Positions 48,247-58,853 of a stretch of 64,000 bases of DNA are shown here, piece after piece. Numbering within the stretch: the first letter of the stretch is position 1; each line of letters begins with the position of its first letter. The notes below the pieces were generated by a model, which was not told where the DNA came from, made no database searches, and was given only the letters and a program-made list of their open reading frames with translations. A program made the translations under genes and the position numbers. Origin of the DNA: Guillardia theta CCMP2712 (Eukaryota; Protista; Cryptophyta); contig NW_005434584.1 in assembly GCF_000315625.1 (NCBI RefSeq), positions 62,001 through 126,000 of the forward strand, in the 5' to 3' direction.

Positions 48247-49390
48247 TCATGAGTCGATGAGCTCCTGTAGATCAGCGACCGCGTTGGTCTCGTTGAAGAC
48301 TTGCGCGTAAACGTCATCGATGTCCACGTACAGACGTCTTCTCGAGGCATCCAGCGACCCTGACGGATCGAAGAGCAGGTTGTCCCAGTTGAACTCGAAC
48401 CATCGACCGGTGTGGTGAGGGAGGAGGTGAGTCGACAGAAGCGCGGACAAGCTCTCCTTGTACAACTGCTTCGGCTGTCTTCTTATGTGCTTCCTCTGCG
48501 CTATGAACATCGCACAGCATGACGCAAACGGGATCGACCTCCAACTCTTTGCTCGCCCCAGTCTTGCATGTAAGGATCCGAAGAGCCTCTCGGACTGCTG
48601 GAATACCTGATGAGGCTCTTCCCATACAAGCCACCGACCCCTCCGAGACTTCCATCGCTCCGGTAGTGAGATCACAGCTTGATAGATCCTGTCGAGCGAG
48701 TCTTGACCGGTCATGTTATGAAGAGATCTGTTCGTCTCTCGCTCGTAGTCGTTGAGATTGTATCCCCCCCAGCACAGCGGCTCTCTATGCTCGTGGCAGT
48801 AGCAGCTGTTCAAAGTCACGGCGTTGTCTGTGAAGCCAGCAAGCGTCGAGTAGGAAGGGAACGTCTGGAGCTCGGGATGCACAAGCGCGCCGCTCTTTCC
48901 ATCTCTTAGACGCGCTGCCATGAGGAGGTAGAAGGCCCGAGCTCTCTTGAACATTGGCCTCAGCTGACTGTGCCAGCTGCCGAACACGTGATCGTGTATG
49001 AAGACCGTCATGCAAGGAAGCTCGTCGTAGTACTCCACCATGTACACAAGGTACACGGCGTCTGCTCGCCGGTAGAGAAGCACGAGGCTGTTGGTCAAGC
49101 CCATCAGAGCAACGTCCTCTACCACCCTCATCGTAGGCGACGCGTCTCGCATGGCCACCACCACATGCACCTCTCCTTGCGGCAGCGCCTGACCAAGACA
49201 TCGCGAGCAACAGTCTCACTCGCTTTGCTGATGCCCCGCCATGCGCACAAGATCCTGGTTCTGGTTCCGATGATCTCACAGAGGAAGTTGTCAACCTCTC
49301 CTCTCCTAGAGCCAGATCTCGATCCCGAGCTCCCGAGGAACTTCGTACATCGATCTGGCCGCCAATTGCCGTGTCTTAGTACACAAGTTC
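48247..49390 (-). pseudogene. DUF3431-family protein, copy C; internal deletion removes the PNxGxEA motif, 5' end degraded
   Basis: HVVVAMRDAS...LLYRRADAVYL (about 36 aa shorter than copy A here)...VFIHDH..SWH...SCCAMF...GRWFEFNW. Confidence 0.7.
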
Positions 49391-49511
49391 GGAATTGAGA
49401 ACTGCCTCTTCTCTTTTCCTAATATTATTCTGAGGCGGATTTATTTTTCTACATGGCTTTCCCTGAGTGACTTGTTGGGCGGTAGAAACCTACTTGTTGG
49501 TAGAGAGCTCG

Positions 49512-52409
49512 ATGAGGAGGAGGAGAGTGCGAGGAGCTCGGCGATGCTTGGGGATCATGCTAGTCCTCTCCTTCCTCCTCTCCTTCCTCCTCTCCTTCCT
49601 GTATCTTCCTCGATTCACTTTCTCCCAGCACTGCAAACAGCAACACGCCATGCCCGGGTCGCAGACCTGTCGCATGGAGGGGAGGGTGTACACGTGCATC
49701 ACAGTGGAAGGATTCGTCGTTGACACCCCGGAAACTCCATCTCCGCACTTGATGTGCAAGGGAGGGAAACATAGTTGGGGGACGTGCTCAGAGGGGAAGT
49801 TTCTTTGCCTCGAGACCGTCCGACCCATCATGAATGGCTGCAGGGTACTCAAGACTAGAGAAAGACTCGGAGACGACGAGCAGCGGTTTTGGAAGAACAA
49901 CTCATGTGAAGTTCTCGCAGCTGGTCAGCTTGGACCAGAGGCCATCCAGAGCTTCTCCAGGATCGCGACATCTCCTAGCACATGTCGGGATCCGCCATTG
50001 AGCCGAGGCATCACAACAGTTTCCGTGGGTAGTGACCCGAAGCACTGGTTTGATTCTTTCATGTTGTGCGCTGCTCATGCCACGAGGATGGTGAATGGCC
50101 ATGAGGCAATGCACGTCAGAGTGAGATCGTTTAGATTCTCGGATAAGCCAAGAAGCCTGTTACAACTCATCGAAACTTTTCCTGCACAGCACATCGTATG
50201 GTTTCAGGACGCTTTCGATGTGTTCGTGACCAACGGGGTAGAGCCATCCGACATTGAATCCGCAAAGGCTTTCGACGTCAACGCGAATGAAATTCTCTTC
50301 AATGGCGAATGCAATTGCTTTCCAAGGATAGCTCCTTTATGTCAGCTGCAAGCGAGTTTGTTCGGAAGGGCTGGACCGCATAAGTATCTCAACTCTGGTC
50401 AATTCATAGGAAGAGCGAAGACCTTGAGATTGTTTCTAACAGGTCTGATGGCGATGATTGATGAGAATGGTGGAGATTGGCCGACAACAGATCAAGGTGC
50501 ATTCATGGAGTACTGCTTCGGAAATGGCACATTCTCAGCAGAAAACATGGGAGTACGATGTAAAGTAGACAGTGCAGCAGAAATCATGCGAACCATGATC
50601 AATTGCGAGGGACAAGATCCAATTAGATCTCTTCACGTACCCACGGATCTCGCTGAGTGTGAAGGAACTAAGAAGGGGAAAACATCATGTCTCACCGACT
50701 CGTACACAAAACAGCAGGCGATCAGTTTTCATTTCAATGGAAAATCTTTGAATTCGAAGCTAGAATTCAGCCGGATTAAGCCTATCATTGGGTTTGCATT
50801 GAATATCAGTGACAGGGATCGGGTCAGACGGTGTGTCTTGCATTCTAGATCATCTCAACCTGTTGAGAACATGATCTTTACGTCCTCTACCATCTCTCAG
50901 CTTTGTCCGAGATTCCTTGATGTCCTGCTGGGAAGATTAGTCGAAGAAGAAATGGGCCTTGTCTTTGCTGACACTAGAGATGACAAGTCCTACTGCCGCA
51001 TTGCAGCATCATTGTACTCCTGCAAAGACGATAACGCTCAGACTCTCGTCACAGGCGTGCAGAACAACGTCAATGACGACTGTCTGGCAATCCCAATAGT
51101 CTGTAACGGGTCCGCAGTAGTTTGTAAGGAGCCTAAAGCTCCCTCTGGAGTTCCTTATGTTGGAGGTGAAGCAGCAGGCAACAACTTCTGCAAGATTCAA
51201 GGTCTTCACTATCACTGTGTGAACTCAAAACATAAGCGCTGTCATGGTTATCCAGCCAGCAAACTAGTCTGCGGTGAAGACAGACATCTTTGTGAGCATC
51301 CATGCAATTTACCACCTCAGGCCCTCTTGCAATCCTATCTGGACTTTATCAGAGTCAACGAGTGCAAACCGGAACATTACGTGAATGTTGCAAAGAGTTT
51401 TCTCACTTCTGAGTTCCAGGGGAGGCCCATAACTCATCACATGCTCTCTTCATATGTAAATTTCTCGAAGAATCTTTACACCATCAGAATAACCATCGTA
51501 AGCAATGTCTTGTATGTGCGAAACTATGATGCCGTAACAGACAGAGGTCGAGCTCAGGAAGTTCTCAAGTATCTTGACAATTTGCTGCAGCGCGTTAGTC
51601 TGCCCGATGTTGATTTCGTCATGCATGTTGGAGATGGAGTGCCTGAACATGCTTGGCCACTGAAAACGCCAACGGAGAGCTTCAATGTCCCTGTCTTCGT
51701 ACAGGACATGTGGCCATCGGCTAACGCTGTCCTTGCTCCTTCTCGGTCGTCCATGTCTCATGAATTCAGAACGTCCCTTTTCACAAGCTTTGAGGTCCCC
51801 TGGTCCAAAAAGCTCAACAAGGCCGTTTGGCGGGGATCCACTACTGGCGCTTTGTATACGAAGAAGAATTGGAGAGAACAGGTCAGGTCCAAGGTAGTGA
51901 TGCTCAGCAGAAAGCGACCCGAACTCTTGGATGCCGGGTTCACAAACCTACGAGCACAGATCGACAGGGAAGAAACGTTCAAGGAAATGAAGGCAGCAGG
52001 GATGACAGGGCACTGGCTGCCACATGCCGATCAATTCAACTACCAAATCATAGTGGTTGTTGATGGAAATGTCGTGCCAGATCGACTGCCGACACAAATG
52101 AATGGGAACAGCGCGATCGTGAAGCAGCTCACTGAACGGATAGAGCACTGGTATTCTTCTCTACGGCATGGAGAGAATATCATTCTCGTTAAGTCGGACA
52201 TTTCTGACCTCGAAGAAACGCTGGAACGAGAGCTTAAGAATGCTTCAAGGTTGGCAAGAATCGCCAAGAACGGAAAACTGCTTGTTCAGAAAGTTTTGAG
52301 TCAAAGAGCAGTTGATTGTTACTGGGCAGAGTTGTTGGAAGTCTATTCCAGCTTTCTCGAGAGACCTGTTGCTCCTCCTGAAGACAAAAATGCGTTCTGT
52401 AATCTTTGA
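49512..52409 (+). CDS. Two-domain glycosyltransferase: PLOD/LH3-type GT domain + GT90 (CAP10/POGLUT-like) domain, type-II membrane, intronless
   Basis: TM LGIMLVLSFLLSFLLSFLYL; DAFDVF...ILFNGECNCFP...YLNSGQFIG...TDQ (PLOD GT); LPDVDFVMHVGD...PWSKKLNKAVWRGSTTG...IVVVDGN...EHWYSSL (GT90). Confidence 0.85.
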   Translation: MRRRRVRGARRCLGIMLVLSFLLSFLLSFLYLPRFTFSQHCKQQHAMPGSQTCRMEGRVYTCITVEGFVVDTPETPSPHLMCKGGKHSWGTCSEGKFLCLETVRPIMNGCRVLKTRERLGDDEQRFWKNNSCEVLAAGQLGPEAIQSFSRIATSPSTCRDPPLSRGITTVSVGSDPKHWFDSFMLCAAHATRMVNGHEAMHVRVRSFRFSDKPRSLLQLIETFPAQHIVWFQDAFDVFVTNGVEPSDIESAKAFDVNANEILFNGECNCFPRIAPLCQLQASLFGRAGPHKYLNSGQFIGRAKTLRLFLTGLMAMIDENGGDWPTTDQGAFMEYCFGNGTFSAENMGVRCKVDSAAEIMRTMINCEGQDPIRSLHVPTDLAECEGTKKGKTSCLTDSYTKQQAISFHFNGKSLNSKLEFSRIKPIIGFALNISDRDRVRRCVLHSRSSQPVENMIFTSSTISQLCPRFLDVLLGRLVEEEMGLVFADTRDDKSYCRIAASLYSCKDDNAQTLVTGVQNNVNDDCLAIPIVCNGSAVVCKEPKAPSGVPYVGGEAAGNNFCKIQGLHYHCVNSKHKRCHGYPASKLVCGEDRHLCEHPCNLPPQALLQSYLDFIRVNECKPEHYVNVAKSFLTSEFQGRPITHHMLSSYVNFSKNLYTIRITIVSNVLYVRNYDAVTDRGRAQEVLKYLDNLLQRVSLPDVDFVMHVGDGVPEHAWPLKTPTESFNVPVFVQDMWPSANAVLAPSRSSMSHEFRTSLFTSFEVPWSKKLNKAVWRGSTTGALYTKKNWREQVRSKVVMLSRKRPELLDAGFTNLRAQIDREETFKEMKAAGMTGHWLPHADQFNYQIIVVVDGNVVPDRLPTQMNGNSAIVKQLTERIEHWYSSLRHGENIILVKSDISDLEETLERELKNASRLARIAKNGKLLVQKVLSQRAVDCYWAELLEVYSSFLERPVAPPEDKNAFCNL

Positions 52410-52651
52410 TTTATTGCTTCATTGTACGCGTTAAGACTGTGCTATGAGAACAGTGCAAGATAGCTTTAATGATGAATCTTTTCAAAACCTATTGGGGAAT
52501 TATTGAAGGCAGTGGAAAGACATTTTTTTTGAGTCTTCCGTTTCCTGCTCTTCTTGAAAGGGATCCTTGACTTTGGTAGAGTGAACGAAACAATAAAAAT
52601 CTTTCGAGTAGCTTATCAGTACATGTTTTCAAGCATTTGAAAGGTCAAAAG

Positions 52652-54376
52652 TCACATTGGCAGTGGTTCAACATCTCGTGGTGACATGGTTGAGTTTAAT
52701 CCCTCAACGACTGTCTCAAGCAGTAGGGGAATATCGTCCACCAACACCAGATAGTCCCTGGCATCATGAAGTTCCCAGTCTGGGCTCTCAGGTCGCTTCA
52801 AGCTAGTCCGCGTGTAGTCCGTGTGATACTGACCGAAAGACGCGCACATCTGAAAGTAATCAGGTCTCGGCCAGCCAACCATCAGCTCGATAACCATCCT
52901 CTTCGGTCGAAGCCACACAAGATTGGCAAGTCCAGCTCCATGCACACCCATAAAGATGTCAGCTTCTGAAACAGATCGCAATATCTCCATGAAAGTTTCC
53001 CTGTCGAAATCATGCACAGAGAGATTGATATGATCTAGTCCCCTCAACTGACTTGTCACATTGTACTCGTTGACAATCTCCCTCCGGCCATGTCGCACCA
53101 AGAATAGTACGTTACCTTCTCTGCTTCCCTCAAGCGCCCCGGACTGAAGGGGGATTCCAAGCCTGGACTTGACCCAAGAACTGAGGAGGACTCCACTCAA
53201 GCTGACTTCCACTGCTTCCCTCCTGCCAACCTCCATGTCCCAACCCCCAGCTGTGACTCCAACGACGATGTTCTTGAAGCACACGGACTCACTCGAGTTT
53301 CCAAAGTTGAGCAACGACAGCACGCCTCGCCTGCACAGCAACGGGATGATGCCGCGTCCGAAAGGTCCCAGCTCCTTCATCTCCTGGTCGCGTGTGACAA
53401 ACACGCAATCTGATCTCGCAGGAACGAGGCCGCCGGCCTTGCCTGACCTGCTGGGATCGAATCGATCTGATTCAATCAAGCTCGAGAACGAGACCCACCC
53501 TGCGAAAATGTTTCGAAACGACTGCAACATCTGGTGAAACGGGTTCCAGCCATCGAAGTATACGAGGTATGCTGTAACATTCACAGTTTGTGCACATGAG
53601 ACGCTCTGGCCATCATCGATCGTTGCAACAACATCTACTCTATTGGAAGCCCTTGCATGTCTCATGTCTCTGATCCCCGGACAGTCGCTGACAAAGGAGG
53701 TCTGATGAGAACCAGGAGAAGCTGCATGTGAAGTTTCATCCATTCGATCGCCTGGTAACTTGCACTCAAACTTAGACATCTCCTCATTCCACTGAGCTAA
53801 ACAGCCGAATGACAAACTTTCATTGAAACGCTGACTCCACTGGAGGTTGTAGAAGACATCCTGCAGTAAGCAACTACTGCCGATGCAGGAATGACGAACG
53901 ATTCGATCTGCCGGAGGTAGATGTCGCACATCGTGAATCTTGCACAGGATTTGATTGTGTCTGCAGATCCCGTAGCTTGCTTCTTCAGACAGACAGTGCG
54001 TGGAGCATGCGAACGGGGCGGGCGTGCACGAATACTCAGTTGTGTGGAAACCCCACCTTATAGAGCACCTGGGCCCAGAATCGTGTACAAGCATGCTTAG
54101 GCATAGAAACTCTCCTCTGTCACAGATGCCCCATGACTCCAGTCCTCCGAGGCAGTTTGGAGGTCCACTGTCCAACCTTGTTTCCACCTGCACATGCTCG
54201 AACGACGTGCAAGTATACCGCGAGTGATTCACAATGCAGAAGCTCTTGCTGGGCTTGGGCTTGGAGCGAGTCAAGCTCTTGAGGCTGAAGCTGGCTTCGG
54301 GATGAGGGAAGCTGCTCCAAAGCATGAGGTGAAGAGACAGGGAGAGCAGCAGCAGCGACAACAACCATCCTCTCAT
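52652..54376 (-). CDS. Glycosyltransferase family 61-like (EOGT/DUF563), intronless
   Basis: Signal anchor; NPFH, R...REIVNE, ADIFMGVHGAGLANLVWLRP..MVIEL. Confidence 0.88.
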   Translation of the reverse strand: MRGWLLSLLLLSLSLHLMLWSSFPHPEASFSLKSLTRSKPKPSKSFCIVNHSRYTCTSFEHVQVETRLDSGPPNCLGGLESWGICDRGEFLCLSMLVHDSGPRCSIRWGFHTTEYSCTPAPFACSTHCLSEEASYGICRHNQILCKIHDVRHLPPADRIVRHSCIGSSCLLQDVFYNLQWSQRFNESLSFGCLAQWNEEMSKFECKLPGDRMDETSHAASPGSHQTSFVSDCPGIRDMRHARASNRVDVVATIDDGQSVSCAQTVNVTAYLVYFDGWNPFHQMLQSFRNIFAGWVSFSSLIESDRFDPSRSGKAGGLVPARSDCVFVTRDQEMKELGPFGRGIIPLLCRRGVLSLLNFGNSSESVCFKNIVVGVTAGGWDMEVGRREAVEVSLSGVLLSSWVKSRLGIPLQSGALEGSREGNVLFLVRHGRREIVNEYNVTSQLRGLDHINLSVHDFDRETFMEILRSVSEADIFMGVHGAGLANLVWLRPKRMVIELMVGWPRPDYFQMCASFGQYHTDYTRTSLKRPESPDWELHDARDYLVLVDDIPLLLETVVEGLNSTMSPRDVEPLPM

Positions 54377-54905
54377 AGTAGGTCCTGCTGCTTCGCCATG
54401 AACTCAGCTATAAATCCACTGGATCGCAATTTTCAGTCCGCCAGGTTTTGCCAGGTAGGGGGATGAGGGCCTCGGGAGATAGAGACAAATCCGCCTCGGA
54501 GGGAGACATAGAGCCTCCGAGGCTCTGAGAGGCCTCGGAGCCTGAGTGGCAGCTGGGCAGCAGTTCACCAAGCCTACCCTGTTGCCACCCCAAAAGGCTT
54601 GAAGGCTGCCTGCTGTCGTACAACCCGGGACGGGCCGGCACAGTGGCACACGGAGTGACTTGCCGGGCCCGGCGGCGAGTCACGATCCGATCAGTGGCTC
54701 ACTTCTGCAATGAGAAGACCAAATTACCACACTACCCACCTCAGAATCGAATAGGCTTTCATAGAAAGGCAGTATTTATCCTCTCGTAGGAATGCTTATA
54801 TCTTTCCCTGCTGCCTTGAAGAGGTGGGGCTGAGAATCATCCAAACGTACAGGATGGTGGGAAAGGAGCGGAGGGAGAAGAAGGGATAGAAGCTTGTCGA
54901 TAGCC

Positions 54906-57900
54906 ATGGAGGATCAGCCGAAGCGAAGAAGAAAGAAAGTCCAAGCTTTCCTGCACACAAGGAACGGGCTAAGCGTTCAAAGCATCCTCATCCTCAGCTT
55001 TGAACTTGTTACTACCGCTGCATTATCCAGCTATGCTGCTGAGTCTTCTTCCTCCAGCACTCCCCTTTCTTTCTCCTCGTCTTCCTCTAGTGCTTCTCTT
55101 CCTGTCTCCTCTTCCAGCGCTTCTTATGAGAGTACCTCTAGCACCATCTCAGCCTCTTCCTCTTCATCTAGCCCACCATATGAGTCTCCCTCTGATACAT
55201 CTTCCCTCTTCTCTTCTTCCTCTTCCAGCCCTTATGAGTCCTCATCCTCGAGTACCCCCCTTCCCGAGTCCTCATCCTCGAGTACCCCCCTTCCTGAGTC
55301 CTCATCCTCGAGTACCCCCCTTCCTGAGTCCTCATCCTCGAGTACCCCCCTTCCTGAGTCCTCATCCTCGAGTACCCCCCTTCCTGAGTCCTCATCCTCG
55401 AGTACCCCCCTTCCTCTATCTCCTTCCTCTACTGCCATGTATGAACAGCCTTCCTCGAGTACCCCCCTTCCTCTATCTCCTTCCTCTACCGCCATGTATG
55501 AACAGCCTTCCTCGAGTACCCCCCTTCCTGAGTCCTCATCCTCGAGTACCCCCCTTCCTGAGTCCTCATCCTCGAGTACCCCCCTTCCTATATCTCCTTC
55601 CTCTACTGCCATGTATGAACAGCCTTCCTCGAGTACCCCCCTTCCTCTATCTCCTTCCTCTACTGCCATGTATGAACAGCCTTCCTCGAGTACCCCCCTT
55701 CCTATATCTCCTTCCTCTACTGCCATGTATGAACAGCCTTCCTCTAGTACCCCCCTTCCTATATCTCCTTCCTCTACTGCCATGTATGAACAGCCTTCCT
55801 CGAGTACCCCCCTTCCTATATCTCCTTCCTCTACCAACTCATCGTATGAGTCTTCTCCATTCAGTACTTCGGTTCCGTTGCTTTCCCTTTCTTCTACACC
55901 TTCCTCTACTACACCGCCATTACAGTCGTTTTCCACTAGCTCTCTCCTCCTTCCTCCCTCCAGCGAAGCTTTCCAAGTGTCTTCAACGATCATTTCACCA
56001 GCAGCATCCTCAGTGAACGGCGAGCTTGCAAGCACTCCTCTACCTTCAAATTGCGGCAATGGTGTGCTGGAGCATACCGAAGCTTGTGATGATGGCAACT
56101 CTTTGAGCCTCGATGGATGCAGCTCGGCTTGTACCATCGAGCCCTACTGGAACTGCAGCAGACTTGAAGATCCGGTAGGGTCAACAACCTCAAATGTCAC
56201 TTCTGCCAGTCCTGCCGCCTCTCTCTGCTCCTTGACCGTGAGGCCGCGATGGACCGGGTTGTTTGTGCTGAGCGGAGCCAAGTACGCGGGGATGACAAAC
56301 ACGCTGACGATCTTGCTGACCTCCAACTTCCCTCTCAGAGCCGGCAGCAACTTCTCCATCATAGGCCTCAACGTCTCCATCAGCGGGGACTCTCAGTTCG
56401 TCTCAGTGTCAGGCGGGGACATCTTGCAGCAGGCCGTCTGGTCGGCAAGCGAGGGGAGGCTGACCCTGTTTGTGACGAGCCAGGTTAGCTCCGCCTCCTT
56501 CACTGTGACTGTACAGAACCCTCCCTATCCCCGGGAGCCAGTCTTGCTAGGAGCTGAGTGCTTGGGGTGCGTCAGCTTCGCCCCCTCCTACCGAGTCTTC
56601 AACGCCTCTCTTGCGAGGGGTCTAGGGGCAACGTCGCTTCTGCCGAGTGTCTGCGGGGAGAGCAGCGGGGGGCTGGCTCTCTATGGCTCCTCCTGTCAGT
56701 TCGAGTGCTATGGGCTGGTCTCGAGCCATCACTGCGTGTGCATGTCCGGCCAGTTCGGCCCGGGCTGCTCGCAGACGTTGGGAGCGCCAGCCGAGACTCA
56801 GACGGCGACGGTCTCGTCCGATAAGGAGACGAAGATCCAAGGATCAGGAGGGCTGTCGGTGGTGCTCCCTGCTGGGGCTGTGGCGGGCTCTCAGTCTATC
56901 AGCGTATCCGTGTACAACGTCTCAGACCTCAACGTGAGCCAAGGGGCCACGGAGAGGCTCGTTCCAGCTGGACCTGTCCTTATCTTCTCTCCGGCAGGGT
57001 TGAAGTTCAACAAGTACATCACCATCAGCTCGCCGTATGACCCCAGCCTGATCCCAGCTGGGCTGGAGGGGTACCTGTTCTACTACAACGCGATGGCGGC
57101 AGATCCATGGGAGCGGCAGGTCACGACGGCGAAGCCAACGGCTACTCCTCCGGTCCTGGAGGCTCAGATCGACCACTTCTCTGGGTTTGTGCCCCTCGGG
57201 GCTGCTCCACCTGCCACGTCACCATCATCCATGACGACTCTGACAACGACCATGTCTACTTTGCCTTCTCTCGTTCTCTCCTCGTCTACTCAGACTCCGA
57301 TTGATGTTGCCAGCACGTCCTCCACTCCATCTCCTCAAGTATTTCATACCTCTGATGCGATAGGCTCTGGCTCCACAGCCCATGTCAACTCCACTACCTC
57401 GATCTCACTTGCTTCTACTCCGATGCCCATGTTCTCCTCCTCCACTTCATCATCATCCTCAGTTGTTCTCTCCACCACACCTTCTCCTACCCAGCTCCCT
57501 TCTTTCCAAGTCAGCTCAGCGTCAGCTTTCAACGTTCAGATTCAGATCATTTCGCCCATGACTAGGTTGTTCTTCGACTCCAAGACGGCTGAGATCAGAA
57601 GCTCCATCGCCGAGGGGCTCAGAGTCAGCCAGGCGGATGTCAGTCAACCAGCAGCCGATCGCTACCTTCGCAGAGCTTCTTCCCGGTCTCTCTCCTACTC
57701 AGCAGACTTGAAAGTTGACTCAGCTGTAAAATTCGTCCAAGACATCCAGGCGAATACATCGCAGACTTTGATCAGACTCAATGTTGCCTTCACGCAAAGG
57801 AACATCCCCAACGCTACAGACTTCAGCATAGCTCTGATGTCGTCTTCTCTATCAGCTGGAGCCATTGCTGGGATTGTGATCGGGTCGGTTGTGCTTTCAT

Positions 57901-58094
57901 CGCTGATGTTAGCTACCATATGGACTTGTCACAGAGCGAGAAGAAACTTTCGGAGGACTGATCGACTTCGTCGTCCTCCTCTTCCAATCGCATCTCTGCT
58001 TGACTTCAACCTTGACAGTGAGCTGGAATTCGGAGATGTCATCCTTCGACCTTCTCCCCATGACCAGGGCTTCTTCGAGCATCGATACGTCTGA
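54906..58094 (+). CDS. Ser/Thr-rich mucin-like type-I surface protein with myxobacterial-type Cys-rich repeat, EGF-like, ZU5-like and SEA-like regions and TM helix
   Basis: SSSSTPLPE repeats; CGNGVLEHTEACDDGNSLSLDGCSSAC; CVCMSGQFGPGC; VLPAGAV...FSPAGLKFNKYITI...AQIDHFS; TM AIAGIVIGSVVLSSLMLATIW. The 5' end is uncertain. Confidence 0.8.
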   Translation: MEDQPKRRRKKVQAFLHTRNGLSVQSILILSFELVTTAALSSYAAESSSSSTPLSFSSSSSSASLPVSSSSASYESTSSTISASSSSSSPPYESPSDTSSLFSSSSSSPYESSSSSTPLPESSSSSTPLPESSSSSTPLPESSSSSTPLPESSSSSTPLPESSSSSTPLPLSPSSTAMYEQPSSSTPLPLSPSSTAMYEQPSSSTPLPESSSSSTPLPESSSSSTPLPISPSSTAMYEQPSSSTPLPLSPSSTAMYEQPSSSTPLPISPSSTAMYEQPSSSTPLPISPSSTAMYEQPSSSTPLPISPSSTNSSYESSPFSTSVPLLSLSSTPSSTTPPLQSFSTSSLLLPPSSEAFQVSSTIISPAASSVNGELASTPLPSNCGNGVLEHTEACDDGNSLSLDGCSSACTIEPYWNCSRLEDPVGSTTSNVTSASPAASLCSLTVRPRWTGLFVLSGAKYAGMTNTLTILLTSNFPLRAGSNFSIIGLNVSISGDSQFVSVSGGDILQQAVWSASEGRLTLFVTSQVSSASFTVTVQNPPYPREPVLLGAECLGCVSFAPSYRVFNASLARGLGATSLLPSVCGESSGGLALYGSSCQFECYGLVSSHHCVCMSGQFGPGCSQTLGAPAETQTATVSSDKETKIQGSGGLSVVLPAGAVAGSQSISVSVYNVSDLNVSQGATERLVPAGPVLIFSPAGLKFNKYITISSPYDPSLIPAGLEGYLFYYNAMAADPWERQVTTAKPTATPPVLEAQIDHFSGFVPLGAAPPATSPSSMTTLTTTMSTLPSLVLSSSTQTPIDVASTSSTPSPQVFHTSDAIGSGSTAHVNSTTSISLASTPMPMFSSSTSSSSSVVLSTTPSPTQLPSFQVSSASAFNVQIQIISPMTRLFFDSKTAEIRSSIAEGLRVSQADVSQPAADRYLRRASSRSLSYSADLKVDSAVKFVQDIQANTSQTLIRLNVAFTQRNIPNATDFSIALMSSSLSAGAIAGIVIGSVVLSSLMLATIWTCHRARRNFRRTDRLRRPPLPIASLLDFNLDSELEFGDVILRPSPHDQGFFEHRYV
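55236..55835 (+). repeat. Coding tandem array mixing 30-bp (SSSSTPLPES) and 57-bp (SSSTPLP[LI]SPSSTAMYEQP) units
   Basis: Near-identical cctcgagtaccccccttcct cores repeated throughout. Confidence 0.95.
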
Positions 58095-58853
58095 CTCCAA
58101 GAATGACTCAAGAGGTAGATCTTATAACTCGACAGCGAGTAGATTAGAGGTGCGGCATGAAATACAAGATGTTTGCCTTGTCGAGTCACGTATGTTGGTG
58201 CTAGTGAGAGGACCGTGCCTATCTTAATGAAATGTCGCTTCTGTATGAGCTACGACCATGAGACTAGAGTTTTTGCAAACTTTTCTTCACATAGTTGTCA
58301 TCGTTTTGAAATCATCATGTTCTAGGAGAGACAAGCATTGACTTGTCAACACGCCACGTAAGCAATTTTTGTCAATGCATGACTGTCATATAACTGTAAG
58401 AGTAGCTCATATTTGTTGACACGATCTTGTATATTGTTAAGGTCTCAACTTTATTTGGAATTTGGAGTTCCAGAAATGCACAAACTCATGAATGAATTCA
58501 CCGACAGACAGACAACAAGATAACATTGAGAGGTGAGTTAACTTTGAGTAAAAGGATCTTCTCTTCTCAGCATTTCATCTCCAAGAATCGCACACGGTTC
58601 ACAAATGCTGTAAACCGGGCCTTGACCGCTGGCTCACATTCGTAGCCTTTTTGATGAATCGCCCGATGGCAATTATTACCTATCATTCAGGAGGCTCGTC
58701 GCTTGGCCAGGCTCGTGAAGGCTCGAGGTAGTTTCTTGGGATCGACGATGGCGATGAGAAAGATGAGAGAGATGAGAGAGATGAGAGAGATGAGAGAGGA
58801 CTTGATCCTTCCCACGAGCCTCTGGCTTCTCAACATCGTAACAATCTTCTAAC

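Noticed and set aside
55000-56137. Alternate-frame repeat ORFs (338 aa +, 301 aa -)
   Set aside because: By-products of the tandem array in the 54906 gene
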